A stretch of 64,000 nucleotides of DNA from Desulfatiglandales bacterium (lineage in GTDB: Bacteria > Desulfobacterota > DSM-4660 > Desulfatiglandales > HGW-15), in the NCBI GenBank assembly GCA_963667015.2, contig CAXXJJ010000004.1, positions 1,280,001 to 1,344,000 on the forward strand, written 5' to 3'. The notes under the pieces are model-generated. The model was not told the DNA's origin. It saw nothing but the letters and a program-made list of their open reading frames with translations, and did not search any database. This document shows, piece by piece, positions 1 to 8,729 of this stretch (positions are counted from its first letter, which is position 1; each line of letters opens with the position of its first letter). The position numbers were made by a program, and so were the translations under genes.

Positions 1-938
1 TCATTATTCTGTGTAATAACAGAATATAGAGGGATAACAGCGGTATCTTCAAAGGTCTGCTTTACTATTTCGACACGCGCGAACATCCCCGGTAAGATAT
101 GTCCGTCAGGATTGGGGACAACGAGCTCCAGGTTATAGAGCCTTGCCATAGTGCCTGGACTTCGTGAAAGAAAAACCTTTTTGCCCTTAACAGTCAGGTT
201 CAGAGCTTCTATTGTAACATCCGCCTCTTTCAGGTTGAATACTCCTGCAACGTCACTTTCAGGAATACCCACCGTAACCTTTACATTGCCTATCTGAAGT
301 ATCTGTGCAACAGGTTTATCAACACCCATCCAGTCGCCTATTTTGGCTTCTATCTCATTCAGCCTGCCGCTTATGGGGGCCTTTATCCTGGTTCTCTCCA
401 GTGCAAGCCTTGTTTCACTAAGCTGTGACTTTAATGACTTAAGCTGGGCATCTATTTTGTCCAGATCAGTAGTTGCTGCGATCTTTTTTTCAGCAAGTGC
501 TGATATACGTTTATACTCCATCTGAGCAAGGTCATAATTGGCCTCAACACTGTCCAGCCTTAACTGATAATCCCTGTCATCAAGATTTACCAGAACCTGT
601 CCCTTTTCAACATATTCCCCTTCCTTTACAAGGATATCAACAATCTGGCCGGAGACTTCAGATTTTACCATCAGATCTTCGAATGATTCAACCATTGCAG
701 GAAGATTTATCCTGTCCTTCAGCTCTCTTTTTTCTATGAGCATTGTTACAACCTTTACAGCAGGAGTTTCTTCCTTGATGGCATTTCTTCTCTCCTCTTC
801 AATCCTTTGCTTTTTGGCATAGAGCATCAAGCCGACACTTACCGTTATCACAAGGAGTACAATGACAAGCACCCATGGCAAATTTCCCCAGATTGCTCGA
901 AATATTTTTATTTTTGTATCTGATTTAGGTTGAGACAT
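1..938 (-). CDS. RND efflux transporter periplasmic adaptor (membrane fusion) subunit, 3' end outside window
   Basis: Not in ORF track (runs off the edge). Manual translation from ATG at 938 (RBS AGGAAAAAGG): MSQPKSDTKIKIFRAIWGNLPWVLVIVLLVITVSVGLMLY (TM anchor)... SEVSGQIVDILVKEGEYVEKGQVLVNLD... IKAPISGRL... ILPGMFARVEI, all typical MFP motifs. Confidence 0.9.
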   Translation of the reverse strand, partial: MSQPKSDTKIKIFRAIWGNLPWVLVIVLLVITVSVGLMLYAKKQRIEEERRNAIKEETPAVKVVTMLIEKRELKDRINLPAMVESFEDLMVKSEVSGQIVDILVKEGEYVEKGQVLVNLDDRDYQLRLDSVEANYDLAQMEYKRISALAEKKIAATTDLDKIDAQLKSLKSQLSETRLALERTRIKAPISGRLNEIEAKIGDWMGVDKPVAQILQIGNVKVTVGIPESDVAGVFNLKEADVTIEALNLTVKGKKVFLSRSPGTMARLYNLELVVPNPDGHILPGMFARVEIVKQTFEDTAVIPLYSVITQNN

Positions 939-1143
939 AACCTTTTTCCTTTTGTTATTAGATTATCTGTTGATATCGCATACAGACAGCTTAAAGATGT
1001 TCACGGTTCCTGGAATTTTTTAAAACAGGATTATTTTTGTAATTTTAGTCCTGATGAGGGTATTTATCACCTTTGTGATCAGAGGTGTGTGATTTTCATC
1101 CTATGCTACCGTATCAAGCAAACACGAAGTATTTTTCTCCGCA

Positions 1144-1172
1144 AATATATGAGGATATAGCATAACTGTCAA
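1144..1172 (-). promoter_or_regulatory. sigma70-type promoter for the RND adaptor gene
   Basis: Minus strand TTGACA(1172-1167)-17 nt-TATATT(1149-1144). Confidence 0.6.
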
Positions 1173-1313
1173 GTAACAAAAAAGAATCAACATAATTCTT
1201 GAAATCCGAGACTAATTATTTTAATTAACTATTTAGTTTAAAACATAGAACATTTTTTATTTTTAGTTTTCTATACATAACAATCTTCACATCAATAGGA
1301 AAAAGCACTGACA

Positions 1314-2027
1314 ATGGATAAAATATCCATAAAAGACTACGAAAAATATATCAAGGCACTGTCTGACATAAGCAGTGCAATTACATCGGATCTGTACATT
1401 GAGGAGATTCTTAAACTCATAGTAATGGTTACCGCAAAGGTTACCGGTCTTGAAATATGTTCTCTCTGGCTTGTGGACAATTCCAACAGCCAGAAAAAGA
1501 TTCGATTAAAGGCTACACAGGCGATTGACCCGGAGTATGTTCAGGATAGATCCCTTGACAGTAATGAAGGTGTTGTAGGCTATGTAGTTACAAATAATGA
1601 GCCTCTTATTTTAAAAGATGTATTAAAGGATCCAAGATTCAAGGAAAAAGAGATGGCAAAGAAACTTGGACTTGTATCAATGCTGAGTATACCTCTCCAG
1701 GCTAAAAAAGGAGAAGTTATTGGTGTACTGAACTGTTTCACCGCAGTTTCGCACGATTTTACCGAACCTGAGATAAACCTTATAACAGCAGTTGCAAACC
1801 AGGCCGCTGTAGCCATCATCAATACCGAATTAATGGTCAGGTCCAAGGTAATCCAGGAAGAACTGGAAACACGCAAACTGGTTGAAAGAGCTAAAGAAAT
1901 AATTATGAACAGAAAAAAAATCAGCGGGAATGAAGCCTTCAGGTGGATACAGAGGCAAAGCATGAATTCCCGCAAATCGATGAGACAGATTGCTGAGGCA
2001 ATCCTGCTCTCAGAGGATATAGGATAG
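1314..2027 (+). CDS. GAF + ANTAR domain RNA-binding antiterminator (one-component)
   Basis: N-terminal GAF (EGVVGYV...SMLSIPL...VIGVLN...AVANQAAVAI) followed by ANTAR (LETRKLVERAKEIIM...EAFRWIQRQSMNSRKSMRQIAEAIL). No REC domain. Confidence 0.92.
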   Translation: MDKISIKDYEKYIKALSDISSAITSDLYIEEILKLIVMVTAKVTGLEICSLWLVDNSNSQKKIRLKATQAIDPEYVQDRSLDSNEGVVGYVVTNNEPLILKDVLKDPRFKEKEMAKKLGLVSMLSIPLQAKKGEVIGVLNCFTAVSHDFTEPEINLITAVANQAAVAIINTELMVRSKVIQEELETRKLVERAKEIIMNRKKISGNEAFRWIQRQSMNSRKSMRQIAEAILLSEDIG

Positions 2028-2192
2028 ATCTGTTAAATTCTGCTCCCTGCACGGAAAAAACATTTCAACAAAAGTCATCCAAACTATCTTTGAACCAAGC
2101 TGAAACAAGATCTGCTTAAATCCGGACCCCATTCTTTTTTATATGCCATCTTAAGTATCACTAATTTTTAATGAAATTTTTAAATATATCTA

Positions 2193-2222
2193 TTGACATT
2201 TATATTTAGTATTACTAATAAT
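2193..2222 (+). promoter_or_regulatory. sigma70-type promoter of the glutamate-synthase-like gene
   Basis: TTGACA at 2193-2198 and an AT-rich -10 (TAATAA/AATAAT) at 2216-2222, which puts the start site just before the ANTAR hairpins. Confidence 0.55.
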
Positions 2223-2237
2223 ACCCTACACTTTTTA

Positions 2238-2310
2238 TTTACACAAAGGCGTGTAAAAACACTGATACGACAAAGACGTCCACTCCCTGCAGGGAGAGAC
2301 GTCTTTTTTT
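2238..2310 (+). promoter_or_regulatory. ANTAR-target RNA (two hexaloop hairpins) overlapping an intrinsic terminator
   Basis: P1 TTTACAC-AAAGGC-GTGTAAA (2238-2257) and P2 GAC-AAAGAC-GTC (2269-2280); both loops have A1/G4. Terminator AAAGACGTC(2272-2280)...CTCCC-TGCA-GGGAG...GACGTCTTT(2298-2306)+TTTT. Confidence 0.9.
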
Positions 2311-2375
2311 ATTTTAAGTACCCATCTTCTTTAACGAGGGAAGATACCCAATCAATTTCCATAAGGAGGAAAACA

Positions 2376-4028
2376 ATGAGGTTTGAGAAAAACAATGATG
2401 TTCTAGGTACAGTTAACAGAGGTAATCCTGCCGAATCAAGTCTGTGCACACTCTGCAGGGCAGATTGTCAGGGTAAATGTGAAACCTGGCTGTCAAGCCT
2501 GGTAGGCCGTAAACTTCTTTATCCCAGGGATTTTGGAACAGTAACAGCCGGTGCAAACAACACGACCCATGTCGGAGTTAACTATAATGCACTTAGAATA
2601 CAGGGCTATGCATATGGTGCCAACGGTTTAAAAAAGGGTCTCTCAAACAACCCTGATGACTGTATATTCCCGAATGTTGATCTTTCAACCGAGTTTGGAA
2701 ATGAGATGAAGACCAAGATTCGTGTCCCGATGATGACCGGAGCCCTGGGCTCAACCTTTATCGCAGCAAAATACTGGGATTCATTTGCTATTGGCGGCTC
2801 CCTGGTCGGCATACCCGTAGTAATTGGAGAAAATGTAGTTGGAGTTGACCTGGAATCCAAGATTGGTAAGGGAAAATCAAAAAAGGGTAAAATTACAAGC
2901 GCCCCTGAACTGGAAAGAAGAATAGATACCTACCTGAGATACCATGACGGCTATGGCGCAATTATTGTCCAGCTGAATGTTGAAGATACAAGAAACGGAG
3001 TGGCTGAATTTGTCGCCGCCAAATATGGAAACAAATGTATTATTGAGCTGAAATGGGGACAGGGAGCAAAGGATATAGGTGGAGAAATTCAGGTCACAAG
3101 TCTTGAATATGCGACATTCCTCAAGGAACGCGGCTATGTTGTTGACCCGGATCCTACAAAACCTGAAGTACAGCAGGCATTCAAGGAGGGTTCAATTAAA
3201 TCCTTTGCCCGCCACAGCAGACTCGGCGGAACGAACCTCGATACGGTTGACCAGGTAAGACAGGATTTCATGGAATCGGTTGAATATCTCCGCAGCCTGG
3301 GCTTCAAGAGAATCACCCTTAAAACCGGTTCATATGGAATGGAAGAACTGGCAATGGCTATAAAATTTGCTACCGATGCAAAATGCGATCTGCTTACCAT
3401 TGACGGGTCGGGCGGCGGAACAGGCATGAGCCCATGGAACATGATGCAGAGCTGGGGAGTACCATCCATATTCCTCCACTCAAAGGCATATGAATACGCC
3501 AGCATTCTTGCGGCAAAGGGTGAGAAGGTTGTTGATATGTCATTTGCCGGTGGATTTGCCCTTGAAGACAGCATATTTAAGGCACTGGCTCTTGGCGCAC
3601 CTTTTACAAAGCTCGTGTGCATGGGCAGGGCAATAATGATACCGGGCTTTGTAGGTTCAAATATCGAAGGTGTGCTGAACCCGGAAAAGAAAGAAGCCCT
3701 GTGCGGAAACTGGGATAAACTCCCAAAAACAGTGTCGGATATCGGTGAAAAGGCTGAAGAGATATTCGCATCCTATTTTGATGTACAGAAAAAGGTAGGA
3801 AAGAAAGAAATGAAGAATATCCCCTATGGTGCAATTGCATTTTATACCATGGCAGATAAACTTGCCTGCGGTATCCAGCAGCTTATGGCCGGAGCGAGAA
3901 AGTTCTCTCTTGACCAGATCAGCAGAGCAGACCTTTTCTCCGCCAACAGGGAAACATCCAAAGAGACAGGAATTCCTCATGTTTCTGACATTAACAACGA
4001 AACAGCTTTAAAAATACTTAACTCATAA
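2376..4028 (+). CDS. FMN-binding glutamate synthase family protein (stand-alone synthase domain, N-terminal Cys cluster)
   Basis: True start ATG 2376 after AAGGAGG. Motifs IELKWGQGAKDIGG, LLTIDGSGGGTGMSP, FAGG...FKALALGA...MGRA. N-terminal CTLCRADCQGKC. Confidence 0.85.
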   Translation: MRFEKNNDVLGTVNRGNPAESSLCTLCRADCQGKCETWLSSLVGRKLLYPRDFGTVTAGANNTTHVGVNYNALRIQGYAYGANGLKKGLSNNPDDCIFPNVDLSTEFGNEMKTKIRVPMMTGALGSTFIAAKYWDSFAIGGSLVGIPVVIGENVVGVDLESKIGKGKSKKGKITSAPELERRIDTYLRYHDGYGAIIVQLNVEDTRNGVAEFVAAKYGNKCIIELKWGQGAKDIGGEIQVTSLEYATFLKERGYVVDPDPTKPEVQQAFKEGSIKSFARHSRLGGTNLDTVDQVRQDFMESVEYLRSLGFKRITLKTGSYGMEELAMAIKFATDAKCDLLTIDGSGGGTGMSPWNMMQSWGVPSIFLHSKAYEYASILAAKGEKVVDMSFAGGFALEDSIFKALALGAPFTKLVCMGRAIMIPGFVGSNIEGVLNPEKKEALCGNWDKLPKTVSDIGEKAEEIFASYFDVQKKVGKKEMKNIPYGAIAFYTMADKLACGIQQLMAGARKFSLDQISRADLFSANRETSKETGIPHVSDINNETALKILNS

Positions 4029-4051
4029 CATCATATAATTTGCCATACTGA

Positions 4052-4086
4052 AAAAGGCCTTCCGGGCATACCCCGGAAGGCCTTTT
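4052..4086. terminator. bidirectional intrinsic terminator
   Basis: AAAAGGCCTTCCGGG-catac-CCCGGAAGGCCTTTT between convergent genes. Confidence 0.85.
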
Positions 4087-4125
4087 ATATGTTATATCGT
4101 TAAGTTATATTGCATTTATGTCTTT

Positions 4126-4165
4126 CACTTGATCCCTTGGCCCCTCGAACCCATGAGCCCTGACT
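4126..4165. repeat. degenerate 8-nt tandem repeat
   Basis: CACTTGAT CCCTTGGC CCCTCGAA CCCATGAG CCCTGACT. Confidence 0.5.
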
Positions 4166-4166
4166 T

Positions 4167-5465
4167 TTACAATATTTTAATCCATAAAAGCCTTGCGACT
4201 TCAGTTCCTGTATTTTTCCACTGGGTAGGAATTTCGTTAGTGAGGTAAACCATATCACCCTTCTTTACAGTGCATGAAGACCTCTCAAGATTGAGTTGAA
4301 GCTCTCCTGATAAAATGTAACCGATCTCATCTCCCTTGTGAATAAAGAAGTGGGCAGGAAAACTTTTATTGGGATGAATCTCGATGATGTATGGCTCTGC
4401 CTTTGCTTCAAAATCCAGAGGGGTCAGGAGTTTTCCGGATACACTGCCTTCAGGAAGATCTGTAAATCTGATATCAGTGGCATCTGAACCTGTAAAAACA
4501 ATTTTGGATCTTCCTGCACCTGCTCCCTGAAAGAATGAACTCACATCAATCGCAAGTATCTCGGCCATCTTCAGCAGTGCAGGGACAGAAGGATATATAA
4601 GATTGCTCTCAACCTGAGAGATAGTGCTCGGAGTTACACCAACGAGCCTTGCAAGTTCAGTCTGGGACAGGCCTCGCTTCACCCTGAGTTCCTTGAGACG
4701 CATCCCCATGTCGACACTGCCTGTTGTTCGCTTTTCCGCATCAAAAGTAACATTAAGGTCCTTTGTCCAGTAACCGTATGGCCTGTTCAGTGTACTGGAG
4801 TCTCTCTTCTCCGCCTTCAGTACTGTTAAGGAGGTTTTGCCCCGTTTCACAGAAAGATCGATTGCAACCTGCGCTATCTGGTTGATCCGGGCCCGAAGGC
4901 GTGAAGAATGGGCCTCCTTTTCCATGATCCAGTATGCAATTGTATTCAGCTCATATAATCTTGGACATGAATGTGAATAGAAAGTAATGAGAGAATCTTC
5001 ACCGCCCCACAACTCCTGCATACCGCTCATACTTTCAAACACAAAGCGTACATCACCTGTCATATCTGAATGTATTCCATAAAAGGCATCCATAACCGCT
5101 TCAACATTCCTTGGTTCATCTGCTGTGACAATTCTGCATTTTACACTTGGTTCTTTTTCTCTATAGAATCGCAGGAAGACCTCAGACCCGTCACCCTTGC
5201 CGTAGGTAAAGCAATCAAGAATTGTCAGCTTCTCATAATCGGCCAGCGGCCCCAGTTTTTCGAGGAGGTTCCTTGGAGACCTGTCAAAGCTTACATATAT
5301 GATGTGCTTATCCTGAGTCTCTGATGCCTGCATAAAATTAAGACAGAATATATATGCAAGACTTCCTGCATCATCGTACCATACGACATTATCACCAACA
5401 AACAATCCGCCCAGGATCCTGTCGAGCTGACCAACACCTGTAGCTATCCTGTTTTTTTCAGCCAT
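4167..5465 (-). CDS. transcriptional regulator: degenerate KaiC/RecA-like domain + XRE HTH + cupin
   Basis: N-term RIATGVGQLDRILGGL...IYVSFDRSP...ILDCF (KaiC-like, no GKT/S). HTH MRLKELRVKRGLSQTELARLVGVTPSTISQVES. C-term cupin HKGDEIGYILSGEL...KGDMVYL. Confidence 0.85.
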   Translation of the reverse strand: MAEKNRIATGVGQLDRILGGLFVGDNVVWYDDAGSLAYIFCLNFMQASETQDKHIIYVSFDRSPRNLLEKLGPLADYEKLTILDCFTYGKGDGSEVFLRFYREKEPSVKCRIVTADEPRNVEAVMDAFYGIHSDMTGDVRFVFESMSGMQELWGGEDSLITFYSHSCPRLYELNTIAYWIMEKEAHSSRLRARINQIAQVAIDLSVKRGKTSLTVLKAEKRDSSTLNRPYGYWTKDLNVTFDAEKRTTGSVDMGMRLKELRVKRGLSQTELARLVGVTPSTISQVESNLIYPSVPALLKMAEILAIDVSSFFQGAGAGRSKIVFTGSDATDIRFTDLPEGSVSGKLLTPLDFEAKAEPYIIEIHPNKSFPAHFFIHKGDEIGYILSGELQLNLERSSCTVKKGDMVYLTNEIPTQWKNTGTEVARLLWIKIL

Positions 5466-5573
5466 GGATTTGAACCTTTCTCTGATAACTTTTTATCTGT
5501 ATATCCGCAATTAGATGGATAATTTCAAGCTTTATTAATGCATCCTGTTATGGATTCATACTTTTCCTTTTTC

Positions 5574-5602
5574 TTGACGGTCAATTAAGTTCTGCATATA
5601 CT
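5574..5602 (+). promoter_or_regulatory. sigma70-type promoter
   Basis: TTGACG(5574-5579)-17 nt-TATACT(5597-5602). Confidence 0.7.
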
Positions 5603-5658
5603 ACTAAATCACTTCACACATTAACAGGATCTCTTATCAAATACAAAGGAGAATAACA

Positions 5659-6057
5659 ATGGCCGAGCTGAAGTATAAAGACTGCATACGCAAACTTCCT
5701 TTCTACATGGACGGCAAACTGACTGCTGTAGGTGCAAAAGAGTTAAACGGATTTAACTGTCATATTATCTATGCATTTGCCTATGAAACAGGATTAACCG
5801 GTTTATCAAAAAAGCCCCATGTACATGATTATGACGAAGCAATCTTTTTTATCGGATCAGATCCTCAAAATCCGGGATATCTGGGAGCTGAAGTAACAAT
5901 GGCCATTGGACCTGATGAAGATGAAAAATATACATTTACTGAACCAACAGCAGTAGTTGTCCCCAAAGGCGTTCCCCACTGCCCCATGTGGACAAATAAA
6001 CTGGAACAGCCGTTCCTGGTAATGGCTGTTTCACTGACCGGTGAAAGGAATGATTAA
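5659..6057 (+). CDS. cupin-fold hypothetical protein
   Basis: PHVHDYDEAIFF and VVVPKGVPHCP cupin metal motifs; RBS AAAGGAG. Confidence 0.7.
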   Translation: MAELKYKDCIRKLPFYMDGKLTAVGAKELNGFNCHIIYAFAYETGLTGLSKKPHVHDYDEAIFFIGSDPQNPGYLGAEVTMAIGPDEDEKYTFTEPTAVVVPKGVPHCPMWTNKLEQPFLVMAVSLTGERND

Positions 6058-6121
6058 TATAGTTTTTTGCATCGACTAAAATATCGACTTAAAAGAGATA
6101 TCTTACCTTTTAGATATGTAA

Positions 6122-6556
6122 TTATTTCTCCCAGTCAGGAAGGGCGTCGTAATCAACAAGCTCAATTCTGGTTCCAACTCCGTTTTCGGGAAGGACCCAT
6201 GCTATCCTGAAGGGATGATCAGGAAAAAAATCTTTCTGCTCCACCTCTTCAAGAGCAGCACCCTGCTCTTTCAGGTGATTGATATGGCTGTCATAGTCGT
6301 CAACAAAAACACAGTAACAGAATACTCCTTCACCCTTTTCTCTTAAAAACCGGGAAAAGGGGCTGTCTTTATCCATATCAGGCTCAATAAACTCGACACT
6401 AATTTCACCCAGCGATATCATTGCCATTCGGGCATCAGGCGTCTTTTTAACAGGCTCATCCCCTTCGGGTGCAAGTTTCATAAGCCCTTCATATGCCTTC
6501 AGTGTACGTTCGAGATTTTCAACTACCATTGTTATATGTGAAACCTTTTTATACAT
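6122..6556 (-). CDS. VOC family protein (methylmalonyl-CoA epimerase/glyoxalase-like)
   Basis: VSHITMVVENLE...VEFIEP...FLREKGEGV...GTRIELV. Confidence 0.8.
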   Translation of the reverse strand: MYKKVSHITMVVENLERTLKAYEGLMKLAPEGDEPVKKTPDARMAMISLGEISVEFIEPDMDKDSPFSRFLREKGEGVFCYCVFVDDYDSHINHLKEQGAALEEVEQKDFFPDHPFRIAWVLPENGVGTRIELVDYDALPDWEK

Positions 6557-6581
6557 AACTAATCCTCACTTTTACTTTTTA

Positions 6582-7301
6582 TTATTCAGAACTGCTGCTC
6601 TCATAAAGGGCAATACCTGCAGCAACGGAAAGGTTTAAAGAATCTATCCTTCCGCTCTGCGGAATTGACACTGTCAGTCCTTCAACCTCCGGATTATCAG
6701 GAAGCCCTGAACTTTCATTCCCAAATACAAGAGAATATGGTCTCTGAAATTTTATTCTATTTAAACTGGTATTGTTTCCTGTTTTAAACAGATAGAGTTT
6801 ATTATCAAATAAACTATGGTACCGGGCCAGGCTGTCAAAGTATTCTACATTAAGCAAAAAGACCGCTCCCATTGATGCACGAACCGCTTTGGGATCAAAA
6901 CAGTCTACAGCGGGACGGATCAAAGCAAGGTCAGTAATTCCAAAACCGGCCATGGTTCTTGCGATAGTACCGAAATTTCCCATGTCCGAAGGATTTACAA
7001 GTACCAGATGATTTTTATTGTGCTCGATTGCGGAATCATACTTGCTGAAGACCCCGACAGCCAGATGCTTTCCCTTGATGCAGATTCTTTCTATGGTTTT
7101 ATCGTTAACCTCAACCGGAATATCATGTTCTTTACAGATTTTTTTTATCTCCAGTATACCTTTATTATTTTCTCCTGATGAGGACAGGAGAACCCTGTGA
7201 ACATGTTCGGGCCGGGCATGCAGCATTTCAATAGTACTGAATACACCATTGGCGTAGCTGTAGGTATGATCCTTGCGGTATCTTTTTAAACGGATATTCA
7301 T
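6582..7301 (-). CDS. TrmH/SpoU family RNA 2'-O-methyltransferase
   Basis: NPSDMGNFGTIART, AVRASMGA, VFGNESSGL, IDSLNLSVAAGIALYE SPOUT motifs; likely start ATG 7301. Confidence 0.88.
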   Translation of the reverse strand: MNIRLKRYRKDHTYSYANGVFSTIEMLHARPEHVHRVLLSSSGENNKGILEIKKICKEHDIPVEVNDKTIERICIKGKHLAVGVFSKYDSAIEHNKNHLVLVNPSDMGNFGTIARTMAGFGITDLALIRPAVDCFDPKAVRASMGAVFLLNVEYFDSLARYHSLFDNKLYLFKTGNNTSLNRIKFQRPYSLVFGNESSGLPDNPEVEGLTVSIPQSGRIDSLNLSVAAGIALYESSSSE

Positions 7302-7355
7302 GAAAAGCAACCCTGAATTAATGAAATAAAATGATACTTATTGCATATTCATTTA

Positions 7356-8729
7356 TTAGGCAATAAGTTTTTCAGGAGGGATTTCAGCAATCAATTTGAC
7401 AAAGAGATCCACGCAATCGGGACAGAGCTGTGTCCCTCTCGCAGTAAGGATAATATCCATGGCCTTCTGCAGGGGCATTCCGTCCCTGTAGGGCCTGTCG
7501 GATGTAAGGGCATGATAGGTGTCGGCAACAGCCATTAATCTTGCCCATAAAGGGATATTGTTACCTTTTATACCGTCGGGGTATCCTTTCCCGTCAAATC
7601 GTTCATGATGATGCCTGATGGCAGGGATAACCTTTGACAGGCTTGATATATTGCCAAGTATATTCACACCAACAACAGGGTGCTCCTTAACAAGATTAAA
7701 CTCCACATTTGTCAGCTTTCCGGGTTTCAGGAGTATACTGTCAGGCACTCCTATCTTTCCAAGGTCATGAAGCTTTCCTGCAATACCTATAGATTCAACA
7801 TCTTCCTGTGACAAGCCCATTTTTTGAGCCATCTTTTCTACGATAGATGAAACAGCCTGAGAATGACCGGATGTATAATGATCCCTCGCCTCAAGGGCCG
7901 CAATAAGGCTGGTAATTCCGGAAAGCATGAACTGTCTTTCCGAATCCAGCCGCTCCTTCTCTTTCAGTAGAAGCAGATACTGATCTGACAGCAGTTTTTC
8001 AACAGTAATGACCATCTGTTCCATATTAAATGGTTTTACAAGATAGGCGCTTACACCTCTTTCGAGCAGCTGCCTCATAGTTGCACGGTTATCATTTGCA
8101 CTCATTATCACAAATGGTATTGCCTTTAGCCCGGGATCGGTTCGTATCCTGTTGCAAAGATCTATACCGTTCATTTCTGGCATGTCTATATCACTCAGTA
8201 TCAGGTCAGGCGGGTTGAATGCTATATTTTCAAGGGCATCCTTTCCGTTTACAGCGGTTGTTACTTTAAAGCCTGATTTTTCAAAGGCATCTTTTACGAT
8301 GGATCGAATGGTTGAGGAATCATCAACAACAAGAATATGGTTATTGTTATGAAATTTTGATTTTTCCAGGACTTCAAGGGTTGTATCAAGCAGTTTGTTT
8401 TTTAAATCCGATTTAACGATATAGGAATCAGCCCCTACCCTGAATCCTTTATCAATATACTGATCCGTGTCATTGGAACTGATAAGGATAACCGGAACAC
8501 TTATTGTATTGGGATTTCCCTTTAGTTTACGACAGAGTGCAAATCCGTCCATATTGGGCATTTCAATATCCGAAATAATCAAATCGTAGCTCTGGAGCAG
8601 GGCCATGTCCAGACCTTTACTCCCATCTTCAGCGTGCGAGAATGATGCACCTATCAATTTCAGTTCATTTTCGATTTGATTGCGGAAAAATGGGCTGTCA
8701 TCAATAATCAATATATTCGTAGTGTTCAT
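7356..8729 (-). CDS. response regulator with two REC domains and HD-GYP c-di-GMP phosphodiesterase
   Basis: Two ILIIDDS/ILVVDDS...SDIxMP REC domains; LHDLGKIG...HHERFDGKGYPDG. Confidence 0.9.
   Translation of the reverse strand: MNTTNILIIDDSPFFRNQIENELKLIGASFSHAEDGSKGLDMALLQSYDLIISDIEMPNMDGFALCRKLKGNPNTISVPVILISSNDTDQYIDKGFRVGADSYIVKSDLKNKLLDTTLEVLEKSKFHNNNHILVVDDSSTIRSIVKDAFEKSGFKVTTAVNGKDALENIAFNPPDLILSDIDMPEMNGIDLCNRIRTDPGLKAIPFVIMSANDNRATMRQLLERGVSAYLVKPFNMEQMVITVEKLLSDQYLLLLKEKERLDSERQFMLSGITSLIAALEARDHYTSGHSQAVSSIVEKMAQKMGLSQEDVESIGIAGKLHDLGKIGVPDSILLKPGKLTNVEFNLVKEHPVVGVNILGNISSLSKVIPAIRHHHERFDGKGYPDGIKGNNIPLWARLMAVADTYHALTSDRPYRDGMPLQKAMDIILTARGTQLCPDCVDLFVKLIAEIPPEKLIA

Noticed and set aside
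930..1160. 76-aa plus-strand ORF and a CTGATGAG hammerhead-like core near 1051
   Set aside because: The ORF overlaps the RND gene's promoter/UTR with no RBS; no GAAA and stems follow to complete a hammerhead.
2193..2375. 61-aa N-terminal extension of the glutamate-synthase-like ORF
   Set aside because: It starts at the TTG of the -35 box and crosses the ANTAR leader/terminator; a strong RBS precedes ATG 2376.
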